DNA of 64,000 bases from Oculina patagonica (lineage: Eukaryota): contig NC_135765.1 of NCBI RefSeq assembly GCF_052425735.1, forward strand, positions 620,001-684,000, in the 5' to 3' direction. Of the stretch, positions 47,556 through 62,000 are shown piece by piece. Under the pieces are notes generated by a model that saw only the letters and a list, made by a program, of their open reading frames with translations, was not told the DNA's origin and ran no database searches. How positions within the stretch are numbered: the first letter of the stretch is position 1; every line of letters starts with the position of its first letter. The translations under genes and the position numbers were made by a program.

Positions 47556-50500
47556 CGTTATTTTGTCGCGGCGTACTGCAACGTGATTTGAATAAAGTGT
47601 CTTTTAACTGCGGCTTCGATTAGAGCGATTGCGATCGCAGTTTTTCCGTTGATTTTAGTTATCTTGACTCCAATGATAACTCACCTCACATCAACTGAGC
47701 CGCCTGTGTTCACGATACAATGTTTGAAACTGCTAAAGACGATGATTTGCTTCCGATTTACCAAGCAGTTCAAGCAAAACTTTCACTTTTGACGTCGCAA
47801 AAACCGTTTCAGTTTCAGAAATGAGTTGTTTTAAACCAGCGCTGGTTTAGCGGCGCCGAATAATTGGAAAAGTTCAATTTCTTGTGTGACACTTGTGCTG
47901 GTTTCCAGATGACTTAGTATACTCAAGAAAACAGGAACTTGATCCGCTCAGTGACAGAATACTAAATTCTTTCACGAAGTACTTTTTAAGCATCTGTTGA
48001 CGGGAAGGCTTTCCTTTCACTAGTTCAACCTCTTGCTAGTGTGCTCGTAACCTTGTGCGCTGGCTTTTAGCCTCTCGGCTAAATTGCGGTTCCTTCTCTC
48101 GTTTAGTGTCGCAATTAAGTGAATTAAAAAAACGAGATTTGACTAATGCAAGGTAGACAAAACGTTATTTTGTTTCACCTCCAACAGAGCTTGGCGTAAA
48201 ACGCCTACATCAGCCACTAAAACAAAAATAAACACTCGTTGCAATCCTTCAAAATGAACAATGGTGCTACCTTAAGTTTTTTTCGTCTGGTGGTGCCGTT
48301 GAAAGTAAAAACCCAGCGGCGAGATTAAAGCAAACTTGAAGAGTTTTAGCTCCAAAGTGCTTGCTGTTTTAGGCATTCATTAGCGAGGTACCTCTTAAAA
48401 ACAACTCTCCCACGCATTCTGGGAAGAAGCCATCGTAAGGTGCTGAAATCGGCGAAGGTCGGCCAATGCCTGTGACTTGTTTATTAACTCCAAAGGAAAC
48501 TTGTGGGTTTTTTTATGTGTAAATTGAGTTGATTTGACCTCACAAGGGCGTACAATCCCCTGAATATAAAAAATTTGTCCTCGCAAATGAGCTGCTAATA
48601 TCCTCGAAGCATTCACTTTTTTTTCTGGCTGATCAAACAAAGAAACCGTCTTTTTGTACCAATTGTGTATATTATCGTGTTACCATTGTGATTCGTCGGT
48701 GAAATGTTTGAAGTACAGCTGTTTGACAACGAGTTTATAATGGTTTCAACAGATAAGCCATTTGCTTCTCGTTCATTTCCCGTTCAGCGCTCTCCAGGGT
48801 TCGGACTTGCTTTAGGAAAATCAAAAACTAAACGCGCTAATTAACCCTGCTGGACTTGCATTATTTAAGCAATGAAAGTGTAAAAAGGGGATTGGCGCTT
48901 CAGAAATGAGTGCTTCTAGTGTAAACAAGCATCACTGGGGTTGTTTGGTTAGTCCCGACTTATTGTGACGTGTTTTTGATCACCGGAAAGTTGGTCTTAT
49001 GAACATGTCTAGTGGGAAACCCTTTTAATGCAGCAGCTTTCCGCGATAACCATAGCAACAGTGACAGCGATACTTTCCCGGGAAATGGTTGCGGCGACGA
49101 AAAAAATTCCACTAAAAAATACACGTGCCGGCAAAGTTTGATCTTTGTTTTTTAGGGAACGTGGCGAACATCTCGTGTTCTAAAATTTTTGTTTATTCTG
49201 TTTCATTCTTAATTGGTCTCGCGCGTATATTTTGGAAAAATGAAGCAAAAAGTTTTAAAATTTACTCTTTATAGGGCACGCGAATTTGCATTTGACAAAG
49301 TTTCAAATAAAAGAATACACAATTGTTTCAAATGTGTGAATTGCTTTCGAGCACGTGTGAAATAATAAACAATACTTTCCTCTTCATATTTCGTTTTGTT
49401 CCCGAGAAGAGCTTTCTTTCTGTTTATTTTAATTCGTCGAAAACAAGGATGGAGATTGTTGGGTTATGAATTTTATAAAGTGATTTAAAATTTCCCCGGA
49501 AACATACGCCTCCGTAAAACACACAATTTGTTCACTTTCCATTGCAGAACTGGTTACGTGCACATAAAAGCAAGGTAATTAGAATAGATACATGCTGAAA
49601 TGCGGGAGGAAGGCAAAACATTTTTTTCCTGAAGAGTTATATAATAGCACGAACTTTCACAACAGAAAATATAATATTCTGAAAAAGAGCTATTCTAGTG
49701 ATTTAGTCAAACAACCCGACAGCCCACTTATTAAAATTTACAAAGCTTTTGTGAACTGTCAGGGACAAAGTTAATTTTGATTTTCTCGCTTTTCCATATT
49801 GTTTTTCTTGTCAGAGACGATTTGTTGAACCAAGTTGCCTTGACGCATACGCACGAAATAAATTTATGAGCGTGCAAATTGTCATGATACAAGGATCTCT
49901 AGATTTCAACTTCGCGTGCGTGTGGGGTTTTGTTGTGTTTTATTGCGATAGGTCAGGTCAAGTAATAGAATTCCAATTAGTTATTTTAGGCTTACGGTAA
50001 AAATCAGTAAGTGGAATCTTATGAATAAGGTTATTTTCGAGGCCTTCAAAATATCCCGAACGGTAATTATTCAAAAGCTTCATAATGTTTGATGCATTAG
50101 TTGTAGGTTATTGTCTTTTTTATTGTTCAATATTGCAACAGTACTTCAACACAATTTTTGTCCCTTTCTCTGTTGATGTGCCCATAGCTACAATTTTTCA
50201 AAGCCAAGACAATTAAACTCTTACACTAAAGAGTAACAATTTACGTTCAGCACGAAAACCTACCAAAAAACAGAGGATGAGAAATGACTTGCTCGAGCTT
50301 TGCTCGATATGTTTAAATTGAACACTGTTAAAAGCTCATTAAAATGCAACATTGGGCTAAAAGAATACAAGGAAATTAAAACGTTGCTCTATAACGAATT
50401 TACGGTGTTCGTTCAGTTTAATATCTCCTAAGCGATATAGAAACTACAGAATTGGTTCCAAAACGAAATTAAAGGTTTTTAAAGAAATTTCTTGAAGGTA

Positions 50501-53500
50501 GATCAGATCATCGAAGTGAAGGTTTTTTGATATTTTGCTTTCGTAAATTGTTCATTATTTGTATCCGGAAGGAATAGGCTTTTTGGAAATAAAAGAAAAC
50601 TTATAATTTATTTTGAGAACGTAATCTTTTTTCGCAGTCATGTCGGCATAAACCAATATCTGGCAGATTTAAACTAGAAAAGAAGTCAATTTCCTTTTAG
50701 TGATTAACTCGCAGTTGGCGCGTCAAATTTATGACAAAATGACAAAAAAATTCAGATTATAAAGGGAAAATAATTACCGGATAAGGAACTATTTCCTTGA
50801 CATACTTCAGCTGAGCGATTAATAGAATCTACGAGAAACGAGTTTCAACGAATCCAAAAGTTAACCTGACTTAGGCAGAACTGTCACTGAGATTAAATAA
50901 TACACTAAATTCTTTTAAGGCAAAGTAAAGCTTTTAGCTGAACCATGGAAAAGGTTAAGTTCTAGATGTTATTTTTTTCCTGAACAAACAATTTACCAGG
51001 ACCTCGCCTTGAGTTTAGAGTGACAAGCCTTAAAATTTAATGACTGTTTTCCATTCTTTTTTGAGTGGACGTTCTTTTGTGAGATGATAAGGTCTTTCAT
51101 CCTAGATCTTAGATCTGCCTTCTTGAAGCTTGTTACAAAAAGGTAAAAAAGATATATTTAGTATTTTCCTTGACCAGTTTTTATCACTGTTCCGTGTGTT
51201 ATGCTCCTGAATAGAGTTGTTTATTTTATTTTACAAAAAAAGCTTAGGGTTTCAGGGTTAATTCAAAATTTAAATTCAGTTCTATCATTTTTGCATCGAA
51301 TCTTAACAAGCTTTTTTCAAAGCCAACACTACAGTAGTTTGACGTAGCTTTCGAATATTTTGACATTTATAAATAGGGATTAAGGTAGCATATGCTCTAA
51401 AGTGACATTTCTAAGGGCTGACAAGAACAAGCAATAAGCTTACGAAATGATAATCTGTGATAGTTTGACAACGTTCTTAAAATTAAAATCTCATTATTTT
51501 GGCTTTGAAGATGTCAATTTCAGGAAAAAACGTTTTGAGTTCAAATGAAAGAGACACGAAAATCAACTTGTAAATAAAACCGTCTGGATTCTGGATTCTG
51601 TGTGTGTTAATCTCTCTCTTGTTTGCCTATATCCTTTGTTTTTGAACTGATATATATGGACCGACATGATTAGCTGACAAACGTATTTTACTGGTCCCGA
51701 TTGCATGCCATTTTCAGGATTGATTCTTCATTTGATCCCATTGAAGCACACTCACAGTTTTTCTACTGTGCGGATAAATCATGTAAAGCCCGGTTGAATT
51801 GACTTTATAAAATAAATCTGCATGAACGAAATCGCCGATTCCTGAGCCAGTAAAGGACCTTTAGTGACCTAGTAACGATCATTATACAGATGTTTGACGG
51901 TTTTTGTGATGAAATAAAATAAATAAAATAAAAATAATTTTTTTCAAAAAATCCGTGTTATCTTGGTGAAATTTAAAACTGAGTATGTATAACTAAAACT
52001 GTAGCTAACTCCAGCACAGAGCAGGCCTGAGCACAGAGGAAAAGGGATGAATGGAAACATCGAGACGTATCTATTTAGCGGCTTTAATTGCAAGGTTTTG
52101 TTTTTATTTCTTTTATTTCAACACGCTTTAATTAGCTGGTAATGGTAAAAGTAATGTGGAATTTCACGGTATAGAGTTAAGAGTAGGCGTGTTCGGTCCC
52201 TTTGTTGCGAAATGGATATATTGACTGATACGTGACGAGAATACTTTATCCTGCTTGTAACTGTGGAGCAGTGTTAGAAGCAAGTAGCACAATCGGCATC
52301 TGTTTCTATTCAACTCGTGAAGGGAGGCAAAAGCTACTCATGGAGTGATAAGCTTGGAAAAGAAATAATCTCAGCAAAGCACAAATTCTCTAAAGAAGAA
52401 ATGAAACTTAGAAATTACTAAGAAATGGATTGCAGGTGTAATTGGCAACCTTGTTACTTATCGAAGCCATGCAGAACACAATTTTTTGACTGAAATCGAA
52501 GTCAATCCTAGTCAAGTGAATACCAAAATGATATTTAATTAATGTCATCCGGGTACTGATATAAGCAAAAACGTAAATATAACGAACTGAAGTGAAGATT
52601 AGTGCCTGCGGGTGAGCTGCGGATCACGTAGCTTTGAAGTGTGGAAAGTTATTGTTTTTCGTGATTAGTTTGTTATTTTGATTCCTCCGGCATAAAGTTA
52701 CTTTAGGGCTTTTTCACAAGGAAGGTTATATATGCAACCTAATTCTCACTCCCTACCAGATTACTTAGAGCTCAATGACTTGCTACGAATTTTCGGTTAA
52801 ACAAGGCTTTACTACTTTTTCTAACATATCCTATATACGAGAATCTAACTACTGCCCATGCGCATCATTGTTTGGAGTGTGACCTGCAATAAGGGTAATT
52901 TTTTCGCGCTCTCACATTCCCTTTACGAGCACGGAAAAAATGATCTCGATCTCGAAAAATCTCGAATAAACAACGCTATCCTGTTCATATGTTACCTCGG
53001 GAATTTTTTATCAATCGAAGAAATAAATCTTCCATACTAAGCTTTGAAGTCAACATTTTCTTGTCCTGTATTTTTTATTTTAGAATCTGTTCTTCATCTT
53101 AGCCTGCGTAGCAGGCTAAAAACGGGTCTTCATCTCGGCTCTCGGGAGTTTTTAGCCCCCCTCCCCCCTTCCCACCCCCACTCTGAAACTCCCAATCAAA
53201 ATACAGAAAGGCCAAGATGACAATGCACTAATAAAAAAAAAATAGCGCAAAACACTGTTCAAACAATACAATATTCGGAAAAGTTGACCCAAAAATACAG
53301 CTCATATGGCAGGACGCTCCGACTGATGAGCTCTTGGGGGATAAATATTCAAACAGTATTCGTGCACTGACTTAATTGCTTCCTGCAGGCAATGTAATTA
53401 AAACGATATATTATTTATTTATTTTGTTTGTAATAAAATTAATTGAAGTGCAGCAGGAAATACATGGCGATGATTTTTTTCTGTTCATTGTAAAACATAT

Positions 53501-56060
53501 CACGTCCTTTGAATAAGAAAACTGAATAGATAGCGACCTATGCAAGGGACATGACAAGACGCCTGATTAAAAATTTATAAAGTTTTTCTTAACTGTCTAT
53601 CGCAAATTGAAATTCTTCATTATCCGTTGTCCCTGTCATAGGAAAGTTAGTATGACTTGCTTGTCAAAGTAACTTCTTTAATGGATAGTTTAGTTGTGTG
53701 TAAGTCTGAATATGGGCCTTAATCAAACCAAGAAGCACCAAAAATATTCGGTTACTTCCCGCATCGGTCATAATACTTCAGGGGCAAAAGAGGCATTGTA
53801 AGATTAGAGTATCTTTCCCAGAAACACAACATAAACAACACTAGGGCACTGATTTAAATCGAGCACAGTCAATTTTATGTCGGTTGCAGAACAATCTCAA
53901 GAGATCTATATTTCGTTGAAACTTTATCCTTCGCGTGTGTGTGGGGAGATGTTGTTCCACTAAAATGGATAAGGTCGGGTTATTTTTGACCCCTAAAAAT
54001 CATGAAAGGTAATTATCCAAAACATCATGTTTGATACATTAGTTGCAAATTGTTGTCATTGTGATTAATGTATCATAACAGGATTGGAACAAAGGTTTTG
54101 TCCCTTATGTTTTTTTGCCATCTTTATGTACTCGAAGAGAATGTTTGTAGTATCCTGGAACATAAACTCGACCAAACTTGTCAGAAAGGAACACAACCAG
54201 AAAAGGCTTCCATAGCCTTTTTAGCACTATAAATTGGGCACTTGCACTGTTAAAAGGTCATTCTGGATCCACATTGAAGAAGTGAAAAATAAAAATTAAA
54301 TTTCGCATTAGCCAGTCCTGGAGAGAGTTGCAGGTGGCACGCGCGAGAAAAATACGTGCCATGGTTTGACAGTGGATCCTCGCGCGTACTCCTCGCATGC
54401 ATCGTAAATCCTTGCCAAGGCCGTGATCTACTTTAAAGTTGTGCTTTGTTCCTTGCCCCCGGGTGGGGGATAGGGCCGGACTTTAAAGTTATACTTACGT
54501 TTATATCAAACAGTGGGCGACGCTGGTTCTTTTTTCAGAAAAAAAAAGAGAAGTCATGTTCCGTTCTGTAGGATGGTAACTTAAAAATGAAAAAAAAAGA
54601 GAACATTTAAAAGAATATTGTTTAGTTTCCTAATATCAAGAAGGGATTTTAAATTATCCAAAACCAAGTTTCGTAATATTTCTTTAATTGCGGGATTACG
54701 TCGGCTCTTGATCACGTAGTATCCGGAATGAATGATGGAACAAGTTATAACTGAATTCATCCCAAGGACATAATCGGCTTTTCTTATTCCTGTGGGGGCT
54801 AAGCTGCGAATTTGTTAAAATCAGATCAAAGATCATACACGATTCGATTCCAATCATTTATTGTACATACTCGGTTTCTCACTGGAAACTTACGGCTTAC
54901 ACCTATGTACGATGTCAAAGAAACACAATAAAGTCGATCTTAGTTTCAAAAGCTGACCTTTTTCTGGTGAAATTGGTTGACGCGGATGATTTTATCTCCA
55001 CGAAGCCTCGAGGTATTAACAAGAGATATAAGCCGGTTTTTGGCGAAAAACAGGTGGTATAACCAGAAAAACTTGCCAGCTTCCTAGAAGTGTTGCTCTA
55101 TTGTTTGTCTTGCTTTTCAATCGAAAATTCGAGTCGTGCGTGCCAATTAAGAAGTGGGGAGGGGTACAGTTGAATAGCGTCAGATTTATTAAAAGACTGA
55201 AAAGACATCGCATCTGAAACGGTTTAAATTTATTTTCCGAGATAATACGTATTAAACTAAAACAGCTTACTTGTTACGACTACAGGTTACAGCGCGTTAA
55301 ACCTGATCAATGGTGAAACTTTAGGAAGGATTACTCTCTGTATGCAATCACTGAATTGCAGTCGACGGCCAGGACATTCTCGTCCCAACCGTGCGCCCAT
55401 CCATACACACATTTTACTCCTATAGTTTGTTAACCTCCCACAACGGCCAGGGTCTAATCAGCCAATGAGGTGTAAAAGCAAAACCCAAGCGCGATTTGGC
55501 TCACGCTATTTTTCCGCGCTTACCAGAACCGCCTCTGCTCATAAGGAGTTCTGATTGGCTTAAAGAGCTGGGTTATTATTGTTTATTGCATAGTAGACCA
55601 ATTTTTGCAAACAAAAAAGAGAAAAGAAAAAGGGTAACGTGTTTTACTGGCAACGAAAGGTTTGGGATATGTGTAGAGCTTTCCAGATTGGCTTATAAGA
55701 TTGAAAAACAAACAGAGTGTTTCCTGGAAAATTTGCCAAAACAGAGAGTGAGGTAGCAGTTCTCGCTAGGTCGAACATGAATGGCTTGCACATGAATGGC
55801 TTGTTCACCTTCGAGAGAACAATAGAACAAACAACAAGAACAATGCCCCTAGCCCCCAAAACAATACAGTATCAACTGCTACACTAGAGGACCAGTAGAA
55901 CTACAAGCTTACGAGAGCTGTACACACGAGGGAAGATTAGCACGCCAGAAATGGGAACACCCTCCAGAAGAGAGAGAGCCTCTGCCGTTAATAAGAATTT
56001 AAAGACGTTCTGACTTTTCTGTGCAAAGAGAACATTCTGCCTAATCTAAGAGTCCAGTTG

Positions 56061-59000
56061 TTATTTCTTTCCTTCGATCATGATAATGTGATAACCAAAC
56101 TTTGTTTTGACTGGTGGGTCGGTGTATACTGGTTTATCCACTGTGCTGGGGGAAAGAGCAAAAGCGGCATCTTGAAATGCACCAACCTGTATATGGAGAA
56201 ATTTATTTCACAAAATTAAGTTTTGGACAGGAATGAAAGGGCTAAGCTTGTGCTCACTTGCGTAGCAGTCAATTTCTTTCCAAGCATGCAGAGGAAACGA
56301 ACGAACATGCGAGCGAATGAGCGAAAAAATGTGGAGAAGAGGGGAGGGGGTGGGAGTGGGAGTGGGAAAAGAAAATGAGCTGCCTGTAACTGATCCCAGA
56401 TGAAATGCCCTGAAAAATGCTGCAATCGACCCTCCAAGTTTATTTTTTCCTTAGTGGCCTTTTGGTCCGCTCTCGGTTTTGGTCCCGTGAAAATTTTTTT
56501 CGTAAATTAATCCCCCCTTTCTTTTTTTTTTCTTTTTTTTCGGCCTTTTCTTTTTCCCCCCCCAATTTTCCCCAAGGCAATGCCCACCTTCCCTTGGGAA
56601 ATCAACTGTCACATGAGAACCACAGTTACAGTTACAGAGACCATCAAAGGTGACAGTGACAGGGACAGTGACAGTGACCGGTAACAGATCACAGTGACAG
56701 TGAGATGACAGTGACAGAAGGTAAAGGATCATTGCTTTTAATTCAATTTGTTGCTTACCATTGATCCTCTTGTCATCCATCCCAGATCACCCTGATAGCC
56801 AATCAAAAGGAGATGAATTAAAAATCAGTTAACAATAAAAACAAGCGAAAATAATGAACGACGTTTCGGTGACATCCTGGCACCATTTTCAAGTTAAAAT
56901 TCATATGCGAAAGAAAGTTATTAAAGGTGTGATAATGAATAAATTAAGATAAAAATAAATGTTCAATGTTCATGTTCATTAATGAGAACAATGTCCGTTC
57001 AAGTCTAAACAAATACCTTCGCGCGAATTGAGTCCGACTGAGTGTTAAGGCTCGGTTTCTTCATGCGAATCCACAACATTTCGTGTATTAAGCAATCGAA
57101 CTTTCCCTGACATTTCTTTAAGATCTTAAAATTGTTGGTCAGGTCGCCAACTTTATCAATTCGGTGTTCATTTTGAAGGTGTTTTCCAATGGCTGAAAAT
57201 CGGTGTTCCTCAATGCGCTTATAAAGGTGACGGCTGGTGTAACCGACGTATTCTGCATCGCACAGATCACATACATAGTTATAAACAACGCACTGTTGAT
57301 TTATTACAGGTGGTTTTGACTCCTGTAATTTGAGATCATCGCCAACTTTTCGGCTTCTAAAAACTGGTTGCAGTTTGTGGTCAAGTTTGTTACTCAAGTC
57401 CGAGAGGTGTTTCTTTACTATGTCCGCTGATTTCTGGTCCTTGAACGGCAGGACAATGCGGTAGATATTCTCTGTTTGAGGCGTCGATCGTGTGTCTTGT
57501 GACATCACTGAATTAACGAAATGGGTGATGGTGGAGTTGACAAGAGAATCTGGGTACTTGAGATTAGAAAACATCAGTTTAAGGCGTTCGCATTCTGTTG
57601 TGAATAGTTCCCATGTTGATGACAGGCGGTAAGCACGGTTTAGCATGGTTTTAACTAAAGATCTTTTGTAGCGGTTGTCGACGTGACTTTGGTAGTGTAA
57701 GAGCAGACCAGTGTTTGTTGGTTTACGGTAAACACTTGTTATCAGCTTGCAGCCCTTCTTGCATATCTCAATGCCCACAAATGGCAGCTTACCATTTGAC
57801 GCGATCTCCATGGTGAAGGATATAGATGGATGACAGTTGTTCAAAGTCTTCAGAAAGGCTTCTGCGGTTGGTATGTCTTTCACTGTGGCTAGTGTATCAT
57901 CTACGTAGCGTCTGTAGAAGTCTGGCAACTTGTTCTCGTTCTGTAGCTTTTCTTCGATGGAACAAAGAAAAGTATTGGCCATAAGGGGACCCAGAGGAGA
58001 CCCCATCGCTACTCCGTCAATTTGTTGGTAGAGTTGACCGTTAAATTGGAATAACTGTTCCTTTGTTGCTACTGACAACAGTTCAATTAAATCCCACTTG
58101 CTGATGTTTAGGTTGTGTGTGTTGTTGAACCAGTTATCAACAAAAGCTTTTTCAGCAAGGATCTCGATGGTTTCTTGTAGTGGGACGTTCGTAAATAGAG
58201 AAGAGACATCATAAGATACAAGGATGTCAGTTTCATTGAAGCTCAGATTGCGAATCTCGTCAGCGAAGGAAAATGTGTCAGATATTGTGTAGCTGTTGAT
58301 TGACAGGGGCTTGAGTTTATCGTCGAGCCATCTCGCGAGGGCGAAGTTGTAAGTACTTGTGGCTGATAGAATGGGCCTCATCGCTAGCTTTTCTTTATGG
58401 GTCTTGGGAAGACCATAGAGATGGGCGAGTCGTGATCCTTTCGGGCAAACTGAATCGGCAATCTGTTTTGGGAGAATTTTTCTAACGACGGATTCGAGGT
58501 GTTTCTCTTTCTGTAGTAAAGGGTGGTAGTTTTTGGGCTTTCGTCCACGCGTCTTGGGTCTCTCCAAACTAACGGTGGTAAATTTAGCTGTATCATTGAT
58601 GGAAGATTCACTCAAAAGGCGAACATACTCTGCCTTATCCATAACAACCACTCCTGTACCGTTATCTGGTTTCGTGATTACAATGTCATCTCTTCGTTTT
58701 AGTTGTTCAATAGCTCTTTGTAGCGCTTTCGGTGGTTTTGGGGCTTTACACTCGATGTAGTTGAGCGCGATCGATCGAAGGGTCGCCGCAGCTAATTCCT
58801 TCTTATCATCAGATAATGAGGGCTCCAGTTGCCAAAAAGCTTTCTCGAAGCTAGCTTGGATGTCCATTGGAGAGATACGTTGCGGTAAGGAGAACTTCAA
58901 ACCTCGACACAGAACGAGCTTTTGAAAGAATGAAAGCTTGTAGGAGGAAATGTTCTGGATGTGCTTGTCTACATCTTGATCGTTGTGTAGCAGTTTCATA

Positions 59001-62000
59001 ACTTTGTTGATCAACAAAGTTATGAAACTGCTACACAACGATCAAGATGTAGACAAGCACATCCAGAACATTTCCTCCTACAAGCTTTCATTCTTTCAAA
59101 AGCTCGTTCTGTGTCGAGGTTTGAAGTTCTCCTTACCGCAACGTATCTCTCCAATGGACATCCAAGCTAGCTTCGAGAAAGCTTTTTGGCAACTGGAGCC
59201 CTCATTATCTGATGATAAGAAGGAATTAGCTGCGGCGACCCTTCGATCGATCGCGCTCAACTACATCGAGTGTAAAGCCCCAAAACCACCGAAAGCGCTA
59301 CAAAGAGCTATTGAACAACTAAAACGAAGAGATGACATTGTAATCACGAAACCAGATAAAGGTACAGGAGTGGTTGTTATGGATAAGGCAGAGTATGTTC
59401 GCCTTTTGAGTGAATCTTCCATCAATGATACAGCTAAATTTACCACCGTTAGTTTGGAGAGACCCAAGACGCGTGGACGAAAGCCCAAAAACTACCACCC
59501 TTTACTACAGAAAGAGAAACACCTCGAATCCGTCGTTAGAAAAATTCTCCCAAAACAGATTGCCGATTCAGTTTGCCCGAAAGGATCACGACTCGCCCAT
59601 CTCTATGGTCTTCCCAAGACCCATAAAGAAAAGCTAGCGATGAGGCCCATTCTATCAGCCACAAGTACTTACAACTTCGCCCTCGCGAGATGGCTCGACG
59701 ATAAACTCAAGCCCCTGTCAATCAACAGCTACACAATATCTGACACATTTTCCTTCGCTGACGAGATTCGCAATCTGAGCTTCAATGAAACTGACATCCT
59801 TGTATCTTATGATGTCTCTTCTCTATTTACGAACGTCCCACTACAAGAAACCATCGAGATCCTTGCTGAAAAAGCTTTTGTTGATAACTGGTTCAACAAC
59901 ACACACAACCTAAACATCAGCAAGTGGGATTTAATTGAACTGTTGTCAGTAGCAACAAAGGAACAGTTATTCCAATTTAACGGTCAACTCTACCAACAAA
60001 TTGACGGAGTAGCGATGGGGTCTCCTCTGGGTCCCCTTATGGCCAATACTTTTCTTTGTTCCATCGAAGAAAAGCTACAGAACGAGAACAAGTTGCCAGA
60101 CTTCTACAGACGCTACGTAGATGATACACTAGCCACAGTGAAAGACATACCAACCGCAGAAGCCTTTCTGAAGACTTTGAACAACTGTCATCCATCTATA
60201 TCCTTCACCATGGAGATCGCGTCAAATGGTAAGCTGCCATTTGTGGGCATTGAGATATGCAAGAAGGGCTGCAAGCTGATAACAAGTGTTTACCGTAAAC
60301 CAACAAACACTGGTCTGCTCTTACACTACCAAAGTCACGTCGACAACCGCTACAAAAGATCTTTAGTTAAAACCATGCTAAACCGTGCTTACCGCCTGTC
60401 ATCAACATGGGAACTATTCACAACAGAATGCGAACGCCTTAAACTGATGTTTTCTAATCTCAAGTACCCAGATTCTCTTGTCAACTCCACCATCACCCAT
60501 TTCGTTAATTCAGTGATGTCACAAGACACACGATCGACGCCTCAAACAGAGAATATCTACCGCATTGTCCTGCCGTTCAAGGACCAGAAATCAGCGGACA
60601 TAGTAAAGAAACACCTCTCGGACTTGAGTAACAAACTTGACCACAAACTGCAACCAGTTTTTAGAAGCCGAAAAGTTGGCGATGATCTCAAATTACAGGA
60701 GTCAAAACCACCTGTAATAAATCAACAGTGCGTTGTTTATAACTATGTATGTGATCTGTGCGATGCAGAATACGTCGGTTACACCAGCCGTCACCTTTAT
60801 AAGCGCATTGAGGAACACCGATTTTCAGCCATTGGAAAACACCTTCAAAATGAACACCGAATTGATAAAGTTGGCGACCTGACCAACAATTTTAAGATCT
60901 TAAAGAAATGTCAGGGAAAGTTCGATTGCTTAATACACGAAATGTTGTGGATTCGCATGAAGAAACCGAGCCTTAACACTCAGTCGGACTCAATTCGCGC
61001 GAAGGTATTTGTTTAGACTTGAACGGACATTGTTCTCATTAATGAACATGAACATTGAACATTTATTTTTATCTTAATTTATTCATTATCACACCTTTAT
61101 CTTAGTATAAATAACTTTCTTTCGCATATGAATTTTAACTTGAAAATGGTGCCAGGATGTCACCGAAACGTCGTTCATTATTTTCGCTTGTATTTATTGT
61201 TAACTGTATTTCTAAATTTAATCTTATAAGAATTAAAAATCAACCACAAAATACATACAATCAACGGGCAATGTTTTCATTTTTAGCAATATTTTCAGAA
61301 GGGGAAGATATTACAGAAGGAGAGACCAAACAATAATGGTTGAACTCAACAAGTGACAGGAACCTACAGTGTATGAGGAAGTGGGAACACAGGGAGCCCA
61401 CAAAAGCAGTGTGACTGTATGTTTGAAATATGAAGAAATATATGAGAATATTTAAAGGGTCTTAGTGCAGTAGCAGCCAATCCAGGCAGGTAGGTAAAGT
61501 CTGCATAGGAGCCTAGTGACCCATCAGGCAGAGGTTATCCCTGTTTTGGTAACATGAAGCGAATTAAAGTATTTCTATTCCCCCTGGATGAGATGCTAGT
61601 CCATTGCAGAGTTACCCCCTGCATTAATTTTGCCGGTACCCATTTATACACCTGGGTAGAGAGAGGCACTGTGAGAGTAAAGTGTTTTGCCCAAGAACAC
61701 AACACAAGGACTCTGGCAGGGCTCGAACCCGGACCGCTCGATCTGGAGTCCGGCGCACTAACCATTAGGCCACTACACCTCCCAGCAGCCAATCCAAGAC
61801 TTTTCAAATCGCACAAATTTGCCATTTAGAGCCACAGAGATGACAAAACACAACAACTGATGCACATTTAAATTTATTTTAGGCTTAACAGAGACTTAAC
61901 TTGCAATACTTTGGCAGTAAAAAGACCCTTTCGATATTCCCATCCATTTCGAATATACAAACAGTCAAACCACTTGTTTGCGTCCCCTGTGCTTGGAATG

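Larger units (their letters stand above)
56828..61229. mobile_element. Penelope-like retroelement (EN+) arranged as a spacerless head-to-head palindrome in PIN4 intron 3
   Basis: Symmetry axis between 59010 and 59011 (actttgttga|tcaacaaagt), arms of about 2.2 kb, and a 13-bp direct repeat GAATTAAAAATCA at 56815-56827 and 61230-61242. Confidence 0.95.

Noticed and set aside
53325-53360. CTGATGA as a possible hammerhead core
   Set aside because: No stem II closed by GAAA follows it.
47600-55500. Possible hidden gene in the 8-kb region between the GPCR and PIN4
   Set aside because: I found no convincing coding exons or repeat structure. It is probably regulatory DNA or contains non-coding 5' exons of the GPCR, which cannot be resolved without transcripts.
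58983-59038. TTG-initiated N-terminus [13 protein letters not shown] of both 677-aa ORFs
   Set aside because: The first residues come from reading across the palindrome axis and are not a native Penelope N-terminus.
61735-61782. tRNA gene
   Set aside because: It is the tRNA-like head of a SINE, followed by the SINE core, and lacks a complete cloverleaf.
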